A DNA stretch of 62,297 nt from a virus (lineage: Duplodnaviria > Caudoviricetes). Positions 55,086 to 62,297 of this stretch are shown one piece after another. The DNA lies in IMG/VR virus record IMGVR_UViG_3300037493_001386, positions 1 through 62,297 of that record; one strand, given 5' to 3'. A program made the translations under genes and the position numbers. Within the stretch, counting starts at the first letter, position 1; every line of letters begins with the position of its first letter. The notes below the pieces were generated by a model, which was not told where the DNA came from, did no database searches, and was given only the letters and a program-made list of their open reading frames with translations.

Positions 55086-57055
55086 AGTTTATTTTAGATG
55101 GTTCAGATAGAGGTCAGCCAACTAATGCAATAGAATTTGGATTTACTATTTCAGAAGAGATTGATATAAAAACAAGAGTTGTATCATTCAACAATGATTT
55201 GATATTTAGTGGTGCTGCTTATGACTACTTATTTACATTATTAGTTAATAATGGTATTTGTAATTTAGTAGATGTTAATGTACTATATGAATGTCAAGGG
55301 ATATGGAAAAACCTAGTAAATGGGTATCTGATTGTATCTGAATTAATCTTTGATTTTGATAGATGTACTTGTAGAACTAAGATGTATGATACATCATTTA
55401 GCACAAGAATTAATAATAACAAAGACATACCATTTTCACTTAATAGTTTAAAAACTAAAAATCTTTATCCTAAGTCTGCTGCTAATATTGTTCAATTAGA
55501 ATTCTTTAACCCATCAAATTGCGTAACTAATACAATTGATACAATTGGTGGATATTCTGTTTGGGAGGCATTTAAAAATTTAATTGCATCAATGAGTGAC
55601 AATCTTATAGATTTTCAATCTGATTTTTTTAGAATACAAACATTTGGATTAGCTAGTAGAGTTAATTATTTTGTTACTACTGGTAAATCAATTGCTGATA
55701 AATCAAGTTCAGTAGATGCTATTGTTTCATTTAAGCAATTATTCTCAACACTTGATTCAAAGTTAAATTTAGGTATTGGATTTACAAGACAATCTAATGG
55801 TAGACCATTAATGAGAATTGAACCAGCAAGTTTCTTTTATGAACAGAATTCAATCGTAAATCTTTATGACCAGCCTGATATAACATTATCAGTTGATAAG
55901 ACTCAATTGTATGGTACAATAAGATTAGGTGCAAGTGAATCACTACAATTTAATGAATGCAATAATGGTGATTCAAATTGTCAATTTGTACAAACACCAG
56001 TTGATGGATTTGAAGAAAATACATTTGGATTCTTAGGAACTTGTAATACTGGCACAGCATTAAATTTAGTTTCAAATGAAGTAATTATAGATACTAATAT
56101 AATTGAAGATACTTATATCTTTAATAGTGATGCATATTTAACAAATACATTTATAATTGAAATAAAATACAACTTTCAACCAGCTGGTGGAGGTCAACCA
56201 GCAAAGATTAGATATTTAGCAAATAAACAAGACCCTTATGAACAAGGTAATTGCTACTATAATATCTCACTTAATAATTTAGCATCATCATTTAATTGGA
56301 GAACCGAATTACATAATTCAATTGCTCAATATCAAGAACCATATACACCAGCATCTACAAACTTTAATGTTAGGGTATCTTCTAATTTATCATTTGTAAT
56401 AACTCCTACCTCAGCAACATATTTTGAAACTACAGACCAGTACATTAAATATTTAGATGAGGTAAATGATGTTGGTAATAACTTTTCAGTAGACAAATAT
56501 GTAGTTCCTCGTGCTGGACAATATACATTTGATGTAGAGATATTTACATTTTGTTCAAATAGTTATTCAATTCAAGCAATTATACAAAGGTTTAATTCTA
56601 ATGATGAATTTGTTGGACAAGTGGTTAGTTCCACACAAAATAGTACGGGTGGAATTCTATCTGCAACCATAACATTAACTGCTGTATTTAATCAAGGTGA
56701 TATTATAAGAACAGATTTACAAGCCGTTTCAGGAAATGGTGGCAATCAAACACTAATTATTCAAAATATATTTAGTGCTAATCCATCTATATTTTATGGT
56801 AGCGGTACACCATTTGAAAATGAGTTTCAAGTAGTAGACCCTAATGCATCTAAAAAGATATTATATAAATTTGACCGACCATTAACAATGACTGAGATTG
56901 AGGCAATACTTGACAATACCTCACGACCTATAGCATTTGGTAGATGGGATGACCCACTAAGAACTATTGAAGGTTACATTAAGAAGGTTGATGTTAAGTC
57001 AATTATAGAACAAGAAGCATCATTTGAATTAAAGTCTAATAAGATACTGAGATGA
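55070..57055 (+). CDS. Tail tip/baseplate protein
   Basis: Homolog of 20161. Confidence 0.65.
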   Translation: MASEIKFILDGSDRGQPTNAIEFGFTISEEIDIKTRVVSFNNDLIFSGAAYDYLFTLLVNNGICNLVDVNVLYECQGIWKNLVNGYLIVSELIFDFDRCTCRTKMYDTSFSTRINNNKDIPFSLNSLKTKNLYPKSAANIVQLEFFNPSNCVTNTIDTIGGYSVWEAFKNLIASMSDNLIDFQSDFFRIQTFGLASRVNYFVTTGKSIADKSSSVDAIVSFKQLFSTLDSKLNLGIGFTRQSNGRPLMRIEPASFFYEQNSIVNLYDQPDITLSVDKTQLYGTIRLGASESLQFNECNNGDSNCQFVQTPVDGFEENTFGFLGTCNTGTALNLVSNEVIIDTNIIEDTYIFNSDAYLTNTFIIEIKYNFQPAGGGQPAKIRYLANKQDPYEQGNCYYNISLNNLASSFNWRTELHNSIAQYQEPYTPASTNFNVRVSSNLSFVITPTSATYFETTDQYIKYLDEVNDVGNNFSVDKYVVPRAGQYTFDVEIFTFCSNSYSIQAIIQRFNSNDEFVGQVVSSTQNSTGGILSATITLTAVFNQGDIIRTDLQAVSGNGGNQTLIIQNIFSANPSIFYGSGTPFENEFQVVDPNASKKILYKFDRPLTMTEIEAILDNTSRPIAFGRWDDPLRTIEGYIKKVDVKSIIEQEASFELKSNKILR

Positions 57056-58719
57056 GTTATACATCAATACCAAACCAACCTATTATCTTTCATACGGAAG
57101 AGGAACTACTAACACCTTGTGAAGAGTGTGGAGATGGTAGCTATAGACAATTGGTTGACCTTAATGACCAGTTATTCTTTCAAGTTGATGCACCTGATTG
57201 TACTGGTAAGTTACCACTTAGCAGTTTGTCAAATGTAATATGGACTTTAGATGGTAATATTGTTTGCTCAACTACAGCATCTAATGGTAGTGCATCTGTT
57301 ATATTTACCACACCTTACCCTTATGAAGTTTATAGGTTAGAAATACTTGTTACTGAACTTACAGAGGGTGACTTAGTGGTTACCATTCAAAACGGTGAAT
57401 CATTCACATTTTATACGGCTGGTACTTATAACATCTACCTATCAACTCAAGCAGCCATCAATGGTGACCTATCACTACAAGTTAACTTTGCATCAACCAC
57501 TTTTGTAGGTTGTTTCAATCTACGTGTAGGTGCATTTGGTGTTGGTACTGATATGCAGTTAGGGTGGGTAGACCCATCTACATTCGAGTATGTTGCACCA
57601 GTAGTTGGATTCTTAACTACCATTAAAGATAATAAAGTGACTGCTGCTATTCCAATGGTAGACCAAGAGATAGGTATTGGATGCCATAGGTTAGCAATAA
57701 CAGACCCTTGTGATAATGGATGTTCTACCTATGGCATTGATAATCCTAACTTTAATGGTTCGGTAGCAGTTGGTGGTGCTGGTAGTGGATGGGATTTGAC
57801 TAATGGTATTTGGGAGATAAGCGGTGGTCAAGCAATATTTACAGATGTTATTACTGGAGATAATGCAGTAATGGTAAGTGATTCTTTCTTATGTGCTGCT
57901 GAAGATTCAGTCTATGATGTTACCATTACTATCACTCAACATCAAGATGTAAGGGTATTTGTATTAGCACCATCAGGTGGTTCAGTCACACCTAACTATG
58001 TTGCTGGTGTAGGTACATTTACGTTTCAAGTTACTACTGGTGCATTTGCTGAACAACTAACTATAAGAGGTCAAGCAATGGCAGATGGTGCATTTGTGTA
58101 CATTGATAGTTGTGTTGTTAGTCTTACTGCTCAATCTTCTACATTCGTTCAATACTCTGACATCTTTGACTTAGGTGACTATAACGATAGTTGTAAATAC
58201 TTTAAGATTGAAGGTTGTAATGCTCAAGACCAGTTTAACTTTGCCTTTGGCGGTTCATCATTCTTACCAATGATAAGGTTAGAGGGTAGAAGGTCTAAGG
58301 CTCAATACGTGACCAATGCTAACACCTTTAGATATGCATCAGGTAAGTGGTCTGCTAACTATGTCAACCGATTAAAACAATGGACATATCATTTTGGGAG
58401 ATTACCTGAATATGTATTAGACTTTTTATCTACCATCTTCTACTATGACAATTGTTATGTCAATGGTGTGTTAATGTTTCCACAAGATAATGCATTCCCT
58501 TCTATTGACTGGTCTGATGCTGACACCTACTTAGGTTCTTTTGCTATTGACTTAGTTGAGAAAGACAATAAGGTTGTTAAGGTACAATGTGGTGACTCAG
58601 ATGCTGACTGCTTACCATCAATCTTAGATAACTCAGATGAACCTTTCTTATTGACTGAAGACCTAAATAGAATAACTACACAAGATTCAGTTAATTTGTA
58701 TTACGAAAATAATTTGTAG
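57052..58719 (+). CDS. Tail protein with variable internal domains
   Basis: Homolog of 22191. Confidence 0.65.
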   Translation: MSYTSIPNQPIIFHTEEELLTPCEECGDGSYRQLVDLNDQLFFQVDAPDCTGKLPLSSLSNVIWTLDGNIVCSTTASNGSASVIFTTPYPYEVYRLEILVTELTEGDLVVTIQNGESFTFYTAGTYNIYLSTQAAINGDLSLQVNFASTTFVGCFNLRVGAFGVGTDMQLGWVDPSTFEYVAPVVGFLTTIKDNKVTAAIPMVDQEIGIGCHRLAITDPCDNGCSTYGIDNPNFNGSVAVGGAGSGWDLTNGIWEISGGQAIFTDVITGDNAVMVSDSFLCAAEDSVYDVTITITQHQDVRVFVLAPSGGSVTPNYVAGVGTFTFQVTTGAFAEQLTIRGQAMADGAFVYIDSCVVSLTAQSSTFVQYSDIFDLGDYNDSCKYFKIEGCNAQDQFNFAFGGSSFLPMIRLEGRRSKAQYVTNANTFRYASGKWSANYVNRLKQWTYHFGRLPEYVLDFLSTIFYYDNCYVNGVLMFPQDNAFPSIDWSDADTYLGSFAIDLVEKDNKVVKVQCGDSDADCLPSILDNSDEPFLLTEDLNRITTQDSVNLYYENNL

Positions 58720-58800
58720 ATTTGTATATCTTTTTGCACCCAGTAGGTTTAAATGTTACAACCTTAAATAGTAACATCAATAACTTTAAATCTATATAAA
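58717..58800 (+). promoter_or_regulatory. Promoter (TAGATTTG) plus GTAGGT...CAACCT pseudoknot-like leader
   Basis: AGGTT/AACCT stem; loop ATGTTAC complementary to downstream GTAACAT. Confidence 0.65.
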
Positions 58801-59340
58801 ATGGGCTGTGCCTCATATTGCGAATCAGGTCTCGAAGCACACGACTTAGTCGTTTGTGGAGACTATAAATTAGGCGGTGTATCCGCTATAGTAATTGGTT
58901 CTTGTGCATCTGTATTAGCTGACCCTACAAGTGGTGAAGAGATTCTTGCTGCTATTAGTTCAGGTGATGCAGTCTTAGTTGAAGATATTCGTTTTGCTCT
59001 ACCAGCTGGTTCACCTATTCAGGTGGATTCTCCAGTAGGTTGTGGAACTCAGATACGTATCAATGAAGACCGAACTGCTACTCTTTACGATGCAAACGTA
59101 ACTGACCAAAACAACACATTCTATAACTCATTAAACCAACAAAAAGTAGGTTGGATAATGGCTTATCTATGTGACTCAGGTAAGGTTATCTACATCGACC
59201 CACCAGTAGGTATTACTACATCTGCTAACTTCATTATCCCTGAACAGAATAATGAACTTCAGCGTTATGAAGTAACATTTAGCTGGAGACAAAAAGAGAT
59301 TCCAACTCAATTTGCAGCACCTGCTGGTATTTTTGGATAA
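58801..59340 (+). CDS. Probable major tail protein
   Basis: Homolog of 23944. Confidence 0.65.
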   Translation: MGCASYCESGLEAHDLVVCGDYKLGGVSAIVIGSCASVLADPTSGEEILAAISSGDAVLVEDIRFALPAGSPIQVDSPVGCGTQIRINEDRTATLYDANVTDQNNTFYNSLNQQKVGWIMAYLCDSGKVIYIDPPVGITTSANFIIPEQNNELQRYEVTFSWRQKEIPTQFAAPAGIFG

Positions 59341-60293
59341 TGACTGAAGAGTTAAACACTAACGATATTGCCACATCTTCTAATGAAGGTGTGGTACTAT
59401 TTGCTTTCGGCAAACAAGGCTACTATCAAGCAGCATACAACTTAGCCTATTCAATAAAGTATCATTCACCTAATGTAAAGATTGCACTCTTTGTAGACGA
59501 TATTAAGAAGTGTGAAAATGCAACGGGTGACATCAAGAAGTACGTTGATTCATTAAATCAAATCGAACATTCCGACCTATACGTAGATGGTAAATTTGAC
59601 CCAGCTATGTTGAAGGTGTCTCTATACAAGTATTTGCCTTTTAAAAACAATCTATATCTTGATGTTGATGCTATATGTTTAAAAGACATTCAGCCATTAA
59701 TAGACGATTTAGTAAGTACAAAGAGGCATTACATCAGTCATTGTGTGGGGTATCATACTATTGATTTAGGACGTGATATCCCCTCAATGCAATGGGCATG
59801 GGCAGATGATATTTGGAGTCACTTTAACTTAGAATACGATTCAATCCTACCAGCTATCAATAGCAGCCTTCAATTCATTAAGATAGGCAAAGAGTCGAAA
59901 ATGTTATTTGAGGTTCTTAGAAACCTTTATACGACTAACCAACTACCAACAAATAGACTTAGAATGAAGTGGGGTAATGGTCAACCTGATGAACTCTATA
60001 TGAATGTTGCATTAGCTATGACATCATACGACCCATCATATAAGAATGATGGTATAGTAGGTGGTGGCAAATCTGAAACTGGGTTTATTCACTTTGCTAA
60101 TGTTCGTGGTTTGTCATTCCAAGAAGTAACAGAAAACTATTATTTTCAATCTTACTATGGTGGTAGGAATTTTACATCAAGATTCTATACTGAGTGGTTA
60201 GATAGGTTAATGAAGGTAATGATGCGAACTCAAAACAAAATACATCAATTTCATATTGATAGAATCATAGGTCAAAAATACGTAAACAAATGA
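59340..60293 (+). CDS. GT-A glycosyltransferase
   Basis: LYLDVDAICL; homolog of 24483. Confidence 0.75.
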   Translation: MTEELNTNDIATSSNEGVVLFAFGKQGYYQAAYNLAYSIKYHSPNVKIALFVDDIKKCENATGDIKKYVDSLNQIEHSDLYVDGKFDPAMLKVSLYKYLPFKNNLYLDVDAICLKDIQPLIDDLVSTKRHYISHCVGYHTIDLGRDIPSMQWAWADDIWSHFNLEYDSILPAINSSLQFIKIGKESKMLFEVLRNLYTTNQLPTNRLRMKWGNGQPDELYMNVALAMTSYDPSYKNDGIVGGGKSETGFIHFANVRGLSFQEVTENYYFQSYYGGRNFTSRFYTEWLDRLMKVMMRTQNKIHQFHIDRIIGQKYVNK

Positions 60294-60889
60294 AAGACAT
60301 ATCTACCAAAAAACCGAAAGGGAGACCTAAGAAGGTCGAAACAATATCTACAGAAATTGTAACTACTGAGACATTTACAGAGGTTGCAAGGCATGACTGG
60401 AACTCTGAAGATGAAGTTGGTCAATTCTTAGGTTCATTAGTTAGAATGTCAAAGTATAAGACCATTCTTGAGATTGGTGTATTTGAAGGTGAAACAACAC
60501 AACACCTTATTAAGTCACTACCTAAAGGCGGTCAATACGTAGGCATTGATATTAACGACTATCGTACAGCAGCAACTAAGTTGTATATGTCAGAGGGTGG
60601 TAAGTCAATTGACTTTATCTTAGGTAATTCTCACAATGAATTAAGTAAACTACCAGCTAATCACTTTGACTTAATCTTTGTGGATGGTGACCATTCTTGG
60701 GCATCAATCCTACCTGAGTTTAAGTTGGTTGAAAAGTTGGTTAGTCGAGGTGGTGTAATTGTATACCATGATACCATCCACCTTCAAGACCCTAAAAGAC
60801 TTGTTGAGTATGCAGCAAATTACAACTACAACACAACAACATTGAATACACCTGAAGGTCGTGGTATATCTTTAATATCTAAATACTAA
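60290..60889 (+). CDS. Class I SAM-dependent methyltransferase
   Basis: LEIGVFEG, FVDGDH, GGVIVYHD. Confidence 0.9.
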   Translation: MKDISTKKPKGRPKKVETISTEIVTTETFTEVARHDWNSEDEVGQFLGSLVRMSKYKTILEIGVFEGETTQHLIKSLPKGGQYVGIDINDYRTAATKLYMSEGGKSIDFILGNSHNELSKLPANHFDLIFVDGDHSWASILPEFKLVEKLVSRGGVIVYHDTIHLQDPKRLVEYAANYNYNTTTLNTPEGRGISLISKY

Positions 60890-60893
60890 AACT

Positions 60894-60974
60894 ATGAAAG
60901 TTCTATTTTGTCGTTCTAAATCTTGTGGCTCACACATTATCAATTCAACTACATCTACTAAAATCGTAGCATAA
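60894..60974 (+). CDS. Conserved 26-aa microprotein MKVLFCRSKSCGSHIINSTTSTKIVA
   Basis: Homolog of 26043. Confidence 0.8.
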   Translation: MKVLFCRSKSCGSHIINSTTSTKIVA

Positions 60975-62297
60975 TGGCACTCTCTATTGAAGAGGTTAAT
61001 AAGATAGTCAATAAGTTTGCCTATAAACACAAGGCATTCGAGAATGATAAGTCAAGGTCAATTACAAACCCTATCTCAAAACGTAGGGTAGGAATGTATC
61101 AATATCCTGAATACTGGGATGGGTACAATTTCTCTGCAATGATGTATGATTCAATCTTACCTCATGCACGTGCTGATGTATACCCTGAACATTTACTATC
61201 TGTTAGAAGTCCAAATCAAACTGAGGCTCAATATGAGTATATCAAGGCTAACTATAAGGCTACTACTCTTAATGTCTTTGAAGATTTTAAGGCTACTATC
61301 TCACGTGCATTTGCAGACCAAAACTGGTCAATCAATGTAAGACCTGAGACAGATGAAAGATTTGGTGATGACACATTTAGTAAGTTCATCAATGAAGAGA
61401 TTGAAAAATTTGGTAGTGTTGAGGTCTTTGTTAAATCAATGCTACCTACCTTAAAGTTAATTGACCCTAATGGAATCATAGCCATTGAGCCTGAAGATTT
61501 CGATATTGAAGATAATGGTAATGATGAAGAGTTATTGATAGGTAACAACCTAATTAAACCAATGCCTTCATACTATAATTGTAAAAGAATTGTAGGTCAA
61601 GAATATGGTAGATGGTACTTAGTTATTGATGAAGATAGAAGTCACGTTAAGGTAGGTACTAAGACTGAAGAGTCAGGAATCATTCTTGAATTGTTTGACG
61701 ATACCTATATCTACAGAATAGAACAAGTAGGTAAAAAAAGTGATATGACATTTGGTGAACCAGTTGTATACTTTCAACACGATTTAGGTTATGTACCTTG
61801 TAGAAAGTTGATGGGTACACCACTCTTAGTTAATAATGAGTTGGTGTTTCAATCTCCATTTATTACAGCCGTTCCATTACTTGACCAAGTGGTATTAGAT
61901 GAATCATATTTACAGATGTCTAAAGCTACAAGTGCATTTCCTTTCATGGTTGCATTAGGTGAAATTTGTGAGTTCGTAGATAGAGAGGGTAATAGATGTG
62001 ATAACGGACAAATCTTTGACCCTATAGGAGGTGGGTATCGTACTTGTGGAAGTTGTAGTGGTGCTGGTGTTAAGAGTCGTTTCAGTCCAACTGGAATGCT
62101 ACTTGTTAAACCTAAGACATCAATGAGTGAGGGTGACTCAGGTCTATCAGGTGACTATATGAAGTTTGTAAGTCCACCAATGGACACATTGACCTTTCTT
62201 AGAAATGAGATTAATACTCAAATGGATAAGTCAAGAAGTGTATTACATCTACCTTCAAGTGATGCATCAGGAACGATAGGTGAGGCATCAACTGCTA
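60974..62297 (+). CDS. Portal protein (truncated by the window end)
   Basis: Begins MALSIEEVNK; homolog of 26123; missing from the ORF track because no stop lies in the window. Confidence 0.85.
   Translation, partial: MALSIEEVNKIVNKFAYKHKAFENDKSRSITNPISKRRVGMYQYPEYWDGYNFSAMMYDSILPHARADVYPEHLLSVRSPNQTEAQYEYIKANYKATTLNVFEDFKATISRAFADQNWSINVRPETDERFGDDTFSKFINEEIEKFGSVEVFVKSMLPTLKLIDPNGIIAIEPEDFDIEDNGNDEELLIGNNLIKPMPSYYNCKRIVGQEYGRWYLVIDEDRSHVKVGTKTEESGIILELFDDTYIYRIEQVGKKSDMTFGEPVVYFQHDLGYVPCRKLMGTPLLVNNELVFQSPFITAVPLLDQVVLDESYLQMSKATSAFPFMVALGEICEFVDREGNRCDNGQIFDPIGGGYRTCGSCSGAGVKSRFSPTGMLLVKPKTSMSEGDSGLSGDYMKFVSPPMDTLTFLRNEINTQMDKSRSVLHLPSSDASGTIGEASTA

Larger units (their letters stand above)
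37257..62297 (+). mobile_element. Phage genome B, partial, syntenic relative of genome A
   Basis: Homologs of A genes in the same order from the early region to the portal, with many synonymous differences. Confidence 0.9.

Noticed and set aside
1866-61548. Numerous minus-strand and nested ORFs of 60-170 aa in the ORF track
   Set aside because: They lie inside well-supported + strand genes, lack motifs and are explained as antisense shadows. Only the -1 frame ORFs at 16744 and 51707 were kept.
37257-62297. Recent tandem duplication, or a diversity-generating retroelement template/variable pair
   Set aside because: Divergence is genome-wide and largely synonymous with different accessory genes. 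There is no reverse transcriptase or adenine-specific mismatch pattern.
1-62297. tRNA or rRNA genes, integrase, CI-like repressor
   Set aside because: None recognisable by eye. A tRNAscan-SE and HMM search would be needed to exclude divergent copies.

Overview
The window holds two related but clearly diverged, AT-rich tailed-phage genomes (siphovirus-like Caudoviricetes) joined head to tail. All credible genes are on the + strand. The host is probably a Bacteroidota: TAnnTTTG promoters recur and leaders are A-rich without Shine-Dalgarno sites. Genome A (1-37129) looks complete, because bases 1-127 recur exactly at 37130-37256. The sequence then continues into syntenic genome B (about 37257 to the end, cut inside the portal gene). 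The 127-nt length suggests an assembly-graph junction. Shared gene order: early small genes, SSB-like protein, PD-(D/E)XK exonuclease, VRR-NUC, DUF6291-type initiator with internal 11-bp iterons, DnaB, TerS/TerL, tail chaperone with a -1 frameshift, tape measure, two tail proteins, tail tube, glycosyltransferase plus methyltransferase, portal. The head, fibre and lysis genes that follow are seen only in A. No integrase, repressor or DNA polymerase is recognisable. Having two homologous genomes side by side allows direct comparison. Main observations: (i) a structured RNA with three compensatory base-pair changes upstream of the initiator; (ii) a pseudoknot-like motif at fixed distance upstream of the capsid and tail-tube genes; (iii) a probable -1 frameshift extension of the major capsid protein; (iv) a PAS-HisKA protein lacking an ATPase domain inside the lysis cassette; (v) alternative DNA-modification-like modules (ParB-cupin-IbrA-X-IbrB in A, SNF2 helicase plus methyltransferase in B) accompanied by reciprocal avoidance of 4-bp palindromes; (vi) a conserved 26-aa microprotein coupled to the portal gene. 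All family calls come from motif recognition by eye, not from database searches.
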